In this document: piece after piece, positions 15,220-27,820 of the stretch
How positions within the stretch are numbered: the stretch's first letter is position 1
How the letters are laid out: every line of letters begins with the position of its first letter
From: Erysipelotrichaceae bacterium
Lineage (GTDB): Bacteria; Bacillota_I; Bacilli_A; Erysipelotrichales; Erysipelotrichaceae
NCBI GenBank assembly: GCA_963663995.1
Contig: OY760660.1
Span: 780,001-812,000 of the forward strand
Length of the DNA: 32,000 nucleotides
Direction of reading: 5' to 3'
The notes under the pieces: generated by a model
The model's input: the letters and a program-made list of their open reading frames with translations, nothing else
Database searches by the model: none
Told to the model about the DNA's origin: nothing
Position numbers and translations under genes: made by a program

Positions 15220-16625
15220 TTTGGCTCCTTTACTTGGTCATGTATGCCAGTTACTTTTTCAAAGCCATAGGCAATATCTAATAGTTTTGTTTCTTCAAAG
15301 GCTTTTGCATTGATATTTACGCCAACTGGTAAATTTTTCACAAAACCCATTGGAATCGTGATACTTGGTGTACCAGCAAAGTTTGCTAAAGCCATAAAGT
15401 TTTCAGCAATTAAATATTCACTTGAAAGTTGATCAGCTGAATCATCACCGATTTTAGGAGCCCCTGCTCCACTAGCTGGTGCGATTAAGACATCCACTTT
15501 ATTAAATGCTTCATTTAAATTTTCGACAATTAAGCGTCTGACTTTTTGAGCTTTTCTAAAGATTTTTTCTTGGTTTTCAATAAAGAGAGCATAAGATCCA
15601 ATGACAAAACGTTTTCTAAGTAATGGTCCAAAACCATCTGTTCTAGAATGGGTCATCACTTCTTCAATGTTTGAACCTTCTTTGGCAACCCCAAATCGTA
15701 AACCATCTAAGTTTGAATGGTTCGCGGTTGCTTCTGCATTCGCAATAATATAATAAGTTGGTAAGAAAGCATGCATTAATTCATCTTTTAAACGAATCGA
15801 TATAATTTCTGCTCCTTCTGACTTTAATTTTTCACATAAATTTTTAAATAGATCTTTTGTTTCTGTGACTTGAATGGCATCTAAAACATTTTCTAAAATA
15901 CCAATTTTCTTGCCTTTTAAATCACCTTTTAAAAGTTCACTGTATTTTTCAACTTCTTTAAAGGAAGAAGTCATGTCTTTATCATCGCGTCCAGCCAACA
16001 CTTCTAATGTACTTGCCGCATCACTCACATTTTGAGTAAAGAAAGCAACATGATCTAAAGATGATGCATAAGGTATGACACCATAACGAGAAATACGACC
16101 ATAACTTGGTTTAAAACCAACAATATTGTTGTAGGAAGCTGGTTTACGAACAGAGTCTCCGGTATCTGAACCAATCGCCATTGGTACAACGCCACTCGCT
16201 ACTAAAACAGCTGAGCCACCTGATGATCCTCCTGACATACGACTTAAATCATAGGGATTATGAACAGGTCCTGTTGCGGCAGTCATATTTGTTCCACCCA
16301 TCCCAAAGGTATCACAAGATGCTTTCGCAATAATGATTGCACCAGCTGCTTGCAGTTTTTTAGTGATTGTCGCATCATAAGGCGATTCATAGTTTTCAAG
16401 AATCATTGAAGAACCCGTTGTAATTGTTTTCTTCATATTGACTAAGTCTTTTAATACAACAGGTACACCATAAAGTGGATGTTTAGCTTCTATGTTTGAT
16501 ATATTTTTTAATTGATGACTAGGATCAACAAAATTAACGACAGCGTTTAAATCAGCTTGAAATGCTTTTGCTTTTTCTAGGGCTGGCATGACCGATTCAA
16601 TCGGTGTAAAATCTTTAATCGCCAT
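15216..16625 (-). CDS. gatA: Asp-tRNA(Asn)/Glu-tRNA(Gln) amidotransferase subunit A
   Basis: 469 aa. Amidase signature GGSSGGSA, with the catalytic Ser-cisSer-Lys context (VVLKDL..., GSDTGDSVRKPAS). TAATG overlap with the gatC stop. Confidence 0.95.
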   Translation of the reverse strand: MAIKDFTPIESVMPALEKAKAFQADLNAVVNFVDPSHQLKNISNIEAKHPLYGVPVVLKDLVNMKKTITTGSSMILENYESPYDATITKKLQAAGAIIIAKASCDTFGMGGTNMTAATGPVHNPYDLSRMSGGSSGGSAVLVASGVVPMAIGSDTGDSVRKPASYNNIVGFKPSYGRISRYGVIPYASSLDHVAFFTQNVSDAASTLEVLAGRDDKDMTSSFKEVEKYSELLKGDLKGKKIGILENVLDAIQVTETKDLFKNLCEKLKSEGAEIISIRLKDELMHAFLPTYYIIANAEATANHSNLDGLRFGVAKEGSNIEEVMTHSRTDGFGPLLRKRFVIGSYALFIENQEKIFRKAQKVRRLIVENLNEAFNKVDVLIAPASGAGAPKIGDDSADQLSSEYLIAENFMALANFAGTPSITIPMGFVKNLPVGVNINAKAFEETKLLDIAYGFEKVTGIHDQVKEPK

Positions 16626-16921
16626 TATAAAACCACCTTCTTCGTAACGAAAAACCCGTTCTTTTGATCAGGTGCATTTTTAAGCGCTTCTTCTTGACTT
16701 AAGACATGATCAACCACATCTTCTCGTAAAAAATGCGTTGGAGCTTCAAAGGGATAAACCATCTCTTCAACCCCTTCTGTATCGATCTTATCTAAAAGTG
16801 CCATTTGTTGTATTAAAACATCAAATTCATAAGCGATATCATTGGCTTCATCATCACTTAAATCAAAACGTAATTGATGAGCTAAATTTTTAAAATAATT
16901 TGCATCATAAGACATAGACAA
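16625..16921 (-). CDS. gatC: Asp-tRNA(Asn)/Glu-tRNA(Gln) amidotransferase subunit C
   Basis: 98 aa. The position directly upstream of gatA, the size, and the pattern LA.L.RF.LSDDE.......F..L......L..IDT.GVE...... /REDV all fit gatC. AGGAGG lies 8 nt upstream and overlaps the camS stop. Confidence 0.9.
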   Translation of the reverse strand: MSMSYDANYFKNLAHQLRFDLSDDEANDIAYEFDVLIQQMALLDKIDTEGVEEMVYPFEAPTHFLREDVVDHVLSQEEALKNAPDQKNGFFVTKKVVL

Positions 16922-16927
16922 TTCCTC

Positions 16928-22130
<5,203 letters not shown>

Positions 22131-22146
22131 ATCATATAGTATACCA
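22131..22146 (-). promoter_or_regulatory. candidate extended -10 promoter (TGgTATACT) ending 7 nt before the pcrA ATG
   Basis: Minus strand reads gttTTGgTATACTatatgatATG, with TATACT at 22138..22143 and TG at 22145..22146. There is no SD between it and the ATG at 22130. It lies just downstream of the strong gltX terminator. Confidence 0.35.
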
Positions 22147-22176
22147 AAACTTAGGCAAGATATCTTTGTGCTGTCC

Positions 22177-22209
22177 ATAAAAAAAACCAAGTGAATTATT
22201 CACTTGGTT
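22177..22209 (-). terminator. rho-independent terminator of gltX
   Basis: Perfect 11-bp stem AACCAAGTGAA (22185..22195) / TTCACTTGGTT (22199..22209). The 3-nt loop is the TAA stop codon itself (22196..22198). It is followed on the minus strand by a U run (plus A run 22179..22186). Confidence 0.8.
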
Positions 22210-23668
22210 CAACATAGGCTTTTAGTTTTTCGATCGAGATTAATGTTCTTCTAATCGTTTCTTCTTTACCAATAATATAAGGGATTTCTAGTGCTCCCCC
22301 TGGCGTAAATTGTTTACCTGTTACAGCGGTTCTAACTGGCCAGTAATATTGACCATTCTTACATCCAAGTTTTTCAGGAACCAATTGCATTTTTTCATGG
22401 AGTTCATCAACTGATGTCCAATCTTTAATTTCGTCATAACAAACAAGTGAAGCTTCTAAAGCAGCAATTGAATTCTCTTTATTGGTTTTCATCTTTTTAT
22501 GGAAGAACATTTCAACATCAAAGTCCTCATTATAAGTATCAATGAAATCGACCATTTCAACAATTTCTGATAAGTAAGCAACACGTTGTTGAAGCATTTT
22601 AGAGACTTCTAATAAATCGCAATCACGTTGTATGCCTTCTTTTAAATAAGGAAGAGCTAATGCATGAAAGTCTTCTAAACTTAAAGCACGGATATATTGA
22701 CCATTCATCCATTTAAGTTTTTCAATATCAAAAATGGCTGGTGCTTTTGAGACACGTGATACATTGAAGGCTTTGGTCAGTTCTTCTAAGGTATAAATTT
22801 CTTGATTTGTTTCCGGTGACCAACCCAATAAAGCAATATAGTTAAGGATGGCTTGTGGTAAATAACCTTTACTTTCTAAATCTTGGAAAGAGGCATCGCC
22901 ATTACGTTTTGAGAGTTTATGTTGTTCATCCTTCATAACTGGAGGCAAATGAACATACGTTGGTTTTTCCCAACCAAAACTTTCATAGATTAAATTGTAT
23001 TTAGGAGTTGATGATAAATACTCATTACCACGCACAACATGCGTAATATTCATTTGATGATCATCGACAACATTGGCAAAGTTATAAGTAGGAAAGCCAT
23101 CAGATTTTAATAAAACTTGTTCATCTAAAATCTCACGCTCAACTTCAATATCACCATACACTTCATCATGGAAAACAGTCGCTGCACCTTCTTTAATGCT
23201 TTGACGGATGACATAGTGACCTGATTTTTTCTTTTCTTCAATTTCTTCAGCACTTAAGTGATTACATGGATCATTAAATTTAAAAGGAATCCCTGCTTTT
23301 TCGGCCGCTTCTTTTTGTGATTGAAGAACGGTCTCATCACAAAAACAATAGTGAGCTCCACCCTTTTCAACTAATTCAAGCGCATAATCTTTATACATCC
23401 CTAAACGTTCACTTTGAACGTATGGGCCATAGTTTCCAGGTTTATCCGGTCCTTCATCATAATAAAGTCCAACTTTGTTTAATGTGTCATAAATAATGTC
23501 GACTGAACCTTCTACTAAACGGGCTTGATCAGTGTCTTCAATTCTTAATATAAATTCGCCACCGTCCTTTTTAGCCACCAAATATTCATACAAAGCTGTA
23601 CGAAGATTTCCGATGTGCATATAACCGGTTGGTGATGGGGCGAAACGTGTTCTTACTTTATTTGTCAT
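22196..23668 (-). CDS. gltX: glutamate--tRNA ligase
   Basis: The ORF track gives 22196..23689. I trimmed it to the ATG at 23668 (MTNKVRTRFAPSPTGYMHIGNLRTALY) because GAGGAA lies 7 nt upstream. Class I HIGH (YMHIGN) and KMSKS (KLSKRNG) motifs are present, along with RIEDTD. Confidence 0.95.
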   Translation of the reverse strand: MTNKVRTRFAPSPTGYMHIGNLRTALYEYLVAKKDGGEFILRIEDTDQARLVEGSVDIIYDTLNKVGLYYDEGPDKPGNYGPYVQSERLGMYKDYALELVEKGGAHYCFCDETVLQSQKEAAEKAGIPFKFNDPCNHLSAEEIEEKKKSGHYVIRQSIKEGAATVFHDEVYGDIEVEREILDEQVLLKSDGFPTYNFANVVDDHQMNITHVVRGNEYLSSTPKYNLIYESFGWEKPTYVHLPPVMKDEQHKLSKRNGDASFQDLESKGYLPQAILNYIALLGWSPETNQEIYTLEELTKAFNVSRVSKAPAIFDIEKLKWMNGQYIRALSLEDFHALALPYLKEGIQRDCDLLEVSKMLQQRVAYLSEIVEMVDFIDTYNEDFDVEMFFHKKMKTNKENSIAALEASLVCYDEIKDWTSVDELHEKMQLVPEKLGCKNGQYYWPVRTAVTGKQFTPGGALEIPYIIGKEETIRRTLISIEKLKAYVEPSE

Positions 23669-23690
23669 AGCTATATTCCTCGCGTTCATT

Positions 23691-23719
23691 ATTATACCTT
23701 AGATTGTTCCCATATCCAA
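23691..23719 (-). promoter_or_regulatory. candidate sigma-A promoter of gltX (TTGGAT - 17 bp - TATAAT)
   Basis: Minus strand reads cTTTGGATatgggaacaatctaaggTATAATaatgaacgcGAGGAAtatagctATG, with -35 at 23714..23719 and -10 at 23691..23696. Confidence 0.5.
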
Positions 23720-23730
23720 AGAATTAAAGC

Positions 23731-23736
23731 TATAAT
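23731..23736 (+). promoter_or_regulatory. consensus TATAAT hexamer 6 nt upstream of the methyltransferase ATG (candidate leaderless promoter)
   Basis: Plus strand reads aaagcTATAATagtctcATGAAACAT. There is no SD-like sequence, and the -35 region is poor (TCCCAT at 17-bp spacing). Confidence 0.3.
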
Positions 23737-23742
23737 AGTCTC

Positions 23743-24606
23743 ATGAAACATACATTAACAATCCCCGAATACAAAATTATTGATACACGTGAAAGTGAAA
23801 AACTTGAAAACGTTTGTGGCGTAGAACTAAGACGCCCTGATACAAATGCTTTGGGACCTGTCTCAAACTCAAATCTTTGGTCACGCCCTGATGTTTTTTA
23901 TAAACGTAAAAACAACCGCGAGGGTGAATGGATCATCCAAAATGAAGTCCCTGAAAATTGGTCTTACTCATATAAAGGTTTAAAATTTAAGCTTAAACTT
24001 TCTACTAACAAACAGATTGGACTTTTCTTTGAACAAATCTCCAACTGGGAATGGTTAGATTATCAAATCAAACATGCGAAAAGACCGATTCGTGTTTTAA
24101 ATCTCTTTGGTTACACTGGTGCCGCATCCCTGGTTTGTGCAAAAGCTGGAGCGGTTGAAGTCGTCCATGTTGAAGCAAGTAAATCAACACTTAATTGGTT
24201 TAAGGAAAACAGAACATTAAACAATATGGATGATATGCCGATTCGTCCAATTCAAGAAGATGCCTTTAAATTTGTTGAACGTGAAATCAATCGTGGTCAT
24301 CGCTATGACTTAATCATTTTAGATCCACCTGCTTATGGAAAAGGACCAAAAGGTGAAGTCTTTAAATTTGAAGAAGATATCCATCGACTTCTTGAAAGAA
24401 TTAATGTCTTATTATCAGATGATGCCTTTGGTTTATTGATGTCTGTTTATGTCGAAAACTTATTTGGACGTCGCTTTGAAGGTATCGTTAAACAAGGATT
24501 AGACCAACGTTCTAAAAAAGTTGAAATTAGAGAATGGTATATCCCAATTGAAAATAAAGAAGAAGCCATGCGCGCTGGTATGAGTGCTCGAGTTTTATTT
24601 AAATGA
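23743..24606 (+). CDS. class I SAM-dependent methyltransferase, RlmI-like catalytic domain (PF10672-type)
   Basis: 287 aa. GLFFEQ..NW (compare GlFlDQR.N in the RlmI/COG1092 family), SAM motif VLNLFGYTGAASLVCAKAGA, EDAFKFV, and YDLIILDPPAYG. Substrate unknown. Confidence 0.8.
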   Translation: MKHTLTIPEYKIIDTRESEKLENVCGVELRRPDTNALGPVSNSNLWSRPDVFYKRKNNREGEWIIQNEVPENWSYSYKGLKFKLKLSTNKQIGLFFEQISNWEWLDYQIKHAKRPIRVLNLFGYTGAASLVCAKAGAVEVVHVEASKSTLNWFKENRTLNNMDDMPIRPIQEDAFKFVEREINRGHRYDLIILDPPAYGKGPKGEVFKFEEDIHRLLERINVLLSDDAFGLLMSVYVENLFGRRFEGIVKQGLDQRSKKVEIREWYIPIENKEEAMRAGMSARVLFK

Positions 24607-25247
24607 AAATCATTTTTGAAGACAATCATTTACTCGTCGTAGAAAAACCCATTAATGTGCCGATGCAGGAAGATGAATCAAAAGATTTAGATCTTCTAAA
24701 TATGGCTAAAGAATACATTCGCCTTAAATACGATAAACCTGGACAAGTCTACTGTGGTTTAGTTCATCGTTTAGATCGACCCGTGGGTGGTGTGGTTGTT
24801 TTTGCGAAAACATCTAAAGCTGCTTCGCGTTTGTCTGATTCAATGCGAAAAAATACTTGGCATAAAAAATATGAAGCTATTGTCGTGGGTAAATTACCCT
24901 ATCATCCAAAATTTGTAGACTATCTTCATAAAGATGCGAAAACAAATATGTCTAGAGTGGTTGCGAAAGACAAAGGTAAATACGCTGAATTATCTTATGA
25001 GCTTATCAATTCAAAACAAGATATGCATCATGTCTTAATCGATTTAAAAACAGGAAGATCACATCAAATTAGGGTTCAATTTGCATCACGTAATTGTCCA
25101 CTATGGGGTGATCAAAGATATAATCCAAACGCAAAAATTGGACAACAAATCGCCCTTTGGGCAGTTGAATTAACGTTTCCTCATCCAACCACACAAGAAA
25201 CACTCGTCTTTAAATCCAATCCACCACAAGAAGACCCTTGGAACTAA
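24603..25247 (+). CDS. RluA-family pseudouridine synthase (no S4 domain)
   Basis: 214 aa. Starts II.ED..LLVV.KP; catalytic motif HRLDRPVGGVVVFAKT (HRLD with catalytic Asp); KKYEAIV; TGRSHQIRVQ. ATGA overlap with the upstream methyltransferase stop. Confidence 0.85.
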   Translation: MKIIFEDNHLLVVEKPINVPMQEDESKDLDLLNMAKEYIRLKYDKPGQVYCGLVHRLDRPVGGVVVFAKTSKAASRLSDSMRKNTWHKKYEAIVVGKLPYHPKFVDYLHKDAKTNMSRVVAKDKGKYAELSYELINSKQDMHHVLIDLKTGRSHQIRVQFASRNCPLWGDQRYNPNAKIGQQIALWAVELTFPHPTTQETLVFKSNPPQEDPWN

Positions 25248-25277
25248 AAACAAATCTATCTCAGATTTGTTTTTTTA
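25246..25277. terminator. bidirectional terminator between convergent RluA-family gene and zinc-ribbon membrane gene
   Basis: 8-bp stem ACAAATCT (25250..25257) / AGATTTGT (25263..25270) with a 5-nt loop. There is a T run on the plus strand (25270..25276) and a U run on the minus strand (plus A run 25246..25250). The TAG stop of the minus-strand gene (25256..25258) lies in the stem. Confidence 0.7.
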
Positions 25278-25990
25278 ATGATAATAAATTGAATAATCAA
25301 TCCAATGACTATCGTTTGTAAGAGCTTTGTAAAGTAAAGATCAAAATAGATTTCAAAAGCATCAAAGACAAAGAAATTTAACATTAAACTTAAGATGTGA
25401 GCCGCTAAAATCATACTTATCATCAAAGGAATAAACTTAAGTTTATTCAAGAAGATACGATAAAACCATTTATCTTTAAACATGTATAGTATTAACATCA
25501 CCGCCAAAAACCAAGCAAATGGATGTATTAAACCTTCGATAATGAACATTTGATTAAATTCAATGATATTCATACGATACAGAAGTGATGGTAAAAAGAA
25601 AAAGAAGAAAATGATTAGAAAGACCATTGAACCAAACTTGATTAATTGACGATTTTTGTCATAACCTTGAGAATCAAGTTCATTAAACTTTGCTTTCTCT
25701 TTAATATATTCTTCATCATCAAGGGTTTCAAAATCATATCCATATATTTTACTAAGAAGAAAAATCATTGCATTACCCACAAAAATAATGAATACACCAC
25801 TCAAAGTTCCAACAAACTCAAATAAAATGAGTAATCCCATCAGTGATATTAAGACCGATACCATTCTGATCCATCTTTTTGGATAAACTTTACTCTGACA
25901 GTGATGACATAATCGATTACTTTCCATAAAGAAAACAGAAGATTTTTCTAATTCATTTTGACAAACTGGACAAATTTTTAAATTTTTCAT
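25256..25990 (-). CDS. zinc-ribbon multi-pass membrane protein, paralog 2 (uncharacterised family)
   Basis: The ORF track gives 25256..26017. I prefer the ATG at 25990 (MKNLKICPVCQNEL...) because it aligns with the MHDLKRCPHC start of the upstream paralog and lies 7 nt after that gene's stop. It has an N-terminal CPVC...CHHC zinc ribbon, about 6 hydrophobic segments, a charged loop (DDEEYIKEKAKFNELDSQGYDKNR), and the conserved YMFKDKWF. Confidence 0.65.
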   Translation of the reverse strand: MKNLKICPVCQNELEKSSVFFMESNRLCHHCQSKVYPKRWIRMVSVLISLMGLLILFEFVGTLSGVFIIFVGNAMIFLLSKIYGYDFETLDDEEYIKEKAKFNELDSQGYDKNRQLIKFGSMVFLIIFFFFFLPSLLYRMNIIEFNQMFIIEGLIHPFAWFLAVMLILYMFKDKWFYRIFLNKLKFIPLMISMILAAHILSLMLNFFVFDAFEIYFDLYFTKLLQTIVIGLIIQFIIIKKTNLR

Positions 25991-25997
25991 CGTACAC

Positions 25998-26723
25998 TCA
26001 GCCTCGTTTTTGATCATGTTGTTTTTGTAGATAGAAAGAAGTTAAGCTAATTAACAGTAATATTGGCAATAAATAGATTCTAATCTGATTAAAACCATAA
26101 TATGTAAAAGGATTAAATGTTGTATTAAAAGCTAACATAGCAAAAACAAATGATAGCCAATAACCCATATTACTCATGGGATGGTATTTCAGTTTTAAAA
26201 ACCATTCCTCTTTATAAACATAGAGTAATTGCATACAAAGATAAATATGAGGAATGACCATAAAGACAGCCATTAACTGTCCTGTTTGTATACTTGATAA
26301 TTCTAGAAACAAACTTAGAACAGTTAAAATAATATAGGCGATTAATATGAGAAGGATTGCTTCACCTACATAGCCAAACTTCTCACGTTTTGTAAGTGGA
26401 ATAGCTTCTTTAAAAAGTTCTTTATTTTCTTCATCAATCGTTTTTGGATTGATGAGTACTTCAACTTGTTTTTGATGATAACCAAAGAATTTTAATAGTA
26501 TAAAGTGAATAATGACAAAAAAAGATCCAATAATCACAAATGCTCTTGAATCAATCTGATCTCCTATTAAAATTGAAAAAAGTACTAAAGATAAAAGTAC
26601 AGAAAGCACTAAACCTCAAACTTTCGGACTGACCTCTGTTCCACAATTGAAACATGTCGTCTTTCCAAGATAAGCTGGCGTTATTTCATGTAAACAATGT
26701 GGACATCTCTTTAAATCATGCAT
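25998..26723 (-). pseudogene. zinc-ribbon multi-pass membrane protein, paralog 1, interrupted by an in-frame TGA (26616..26618); possible pseudogene, split gene or read-through gene
   Basis: ATG at 26723 with GGGAG 5 nt upstream encodes MHDLKRCPHCLHEITPAYLGKTTCFNCGTEVSPKV, followed by TGA. The same frame then continues GLVLSVLLSL..., which is the track ORF 25998..26609 (starting at GTG 26609). The joined length of 241 aa compares with 244 aa for paralog 2, with the same architecture and the shared motif YVYKEEWF. Confidence 0.6.
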
Positions 26724-26752
26724 AATATCTCCCACTACTGATTTAATTATAT

Positions 26753-26781
26753 ATTAAAAAAACGGATACTAAATATCCGCT
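26753..26781 (-). terminator. rho-independent terminator of the FMN-dependent oxidoreductase gene
   Basis: 6-bp stem CGGATA (26763..26768) / TATCCG (26774..26779) plus one closing G-U pair, with a 5-nt loop. It is followed on the minus strand by a long U run (plus A run 26754..26762). Confidence 0.6.
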
Positions 26782-26785
26782 TATC

Positions 26786-27808
26786 CTAAATTATTATTTT
26801 GTTTTTATTGATTGCCTTAAGATTTTTAGCATTGGTTAAACGCATCGCTTCCTTAAGCTCCTCAGTGTATTGTGAAGCTAGGGCTTTTACACCTTCAGCT
26901 TGTCCACCAATTGCAGCATGGGTAAATGGTCGACCAATAAGTACTGCATCAGCCCCAAGTGCTAAAGCTTTAAAAATATCCGTTCCTGATCTAAATCCAC
27001 CATCAACAAATACTTTGATACTCTTGTTTACATATTGAACAATTTCTTCTAAGACATCAATCGTCGCTATCGAATCATCCAAAACACGGCCACCATGATT
27101 GGAAACAATGATCGCATCCGCTTTCGCATCAATCGCTTTTTGAGCATCTTTAACACACATGATTCCCTTCACAATAAATGGTCCATTTACCATTTTTTTA
27201 ATTTTCGCTAAATCTTCAGTGTTTTTAAATTGAATAGGTGTAGGTGAATGTTTAAGAAAAACTAAACCAGCCGCATCAACATCCATACAAACAGCCAAAT
27301 TAGAAGCTTCTTTAACTAAATTATATTTTGCTTCAACGATATCCATTCGCCATGGTTTAATCGTCGCAATACCGTAATTGAATTCATTGATTGCCTTTGC
27401 GCCAGCTTCAAAGAATTGAGGCTGTGTACCATCTCCAAAAAATGGAATAATTCCAGCTTCTTTTGCGCCTTGATTAATCGCTCTTGCATAATCAATTTCT
27501 TCCATTTGTGTACCAAAGTGTTGTTTAACTGAAGCTATCGGGGCAATCATAATCGGTGCTGAAAAACTTTGATTAAAAAGCTTAAATGTTGTATCGACTT
27601 CATAGTCTTCACGAATCACTTGCATCTTAAGTTTGATGTTTTTAAGGGCTTGAACATTATTCACAAAGCTTTGTCCTCTCCCTTTTCCTCCAGGTCCAGG
27701 AAGACGACCTCGACAAACTTCACCATTACAAATAGGACACATATAACATAAGGTCATATCAGCTTTTGCTTTTTTAAAAATTTCTTTCATACTTCTTTTT
27801 ACTCCCAT
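26786..27808 (-). CDS. FMN-dependent alpha-hydroxy-acid oxidase/dehydrogenase family protein with N-terminal Cys4 motif
   Basis: 340 aa; the start may instead be the ATG at 27790 (MKEIFKK), which has GGAG 11 nt upstream. The TIM-barrel glycolate-oxidase-family motifs are PIMIAPIA, VKGI, the catalytic IIVSNHGGRVLD, VFVDGGFRSGTDIFKALALGADAVLIGRP. The N-terminus carries CYMCPICNGEVCRGRLPGPGGKG in place of the usual substrate-lid region. Confidence 0.85.
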   Translation of the reverse strand: MGVKRSMKEIFKKAKADMTLCYMCPICNGEVCRGRLPGPGGKGRGQSFVNNVQALKNIKLKMQVIREDYEVDTTFKLFNQSFSAPIMIAPIASVKQHFGTQMEEIDYARAINQGAKEAGIIPFFGDGTQPQFFEAGAKAINEFNYGIATIKPWRMDIVEAKYNLVKEASNLAVCMDVDAAGLVFLKHSPTPIQFKNTEDLAKIKKMVNGPFIVKGIMCVKDAQKAIDAKADAIIVSNHGGRVLDDSIATIDVLEEIVQYVNKSIKVFVDGGFRSGTDIFKALALGADAVLIGRPFTHAAIGGQAEGVKALASQYTEELKEAMRLTNAKNLKAINKNKIII

Positions 27809-27820
27809 CTACTTATTGAT

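Noticed and set aside
22131-22190. Long N-terminal extensions offered by the ORF track (pcrA 22190, gltX 23689, rubrerythrin 893, VOC 7424, PHP 31041, Cof 31855, paralog 2 26017)
   Set aside because: In each case an internal ATG is preceded by a proper SD at 5-11 nt, or by a -10 box in the pcrA case, and matches where homologous proteins begin. Several of the extended starts lie inside terminator hairpins or use TTG without an SD.
23669-23742. T-box leader upstream of gltX
   Set aside because: The whole divergent intergenic region is 74 nt and is filled by a promoter and SD. A T-box needs about 200 nt or more with a specifier and antiterminator.
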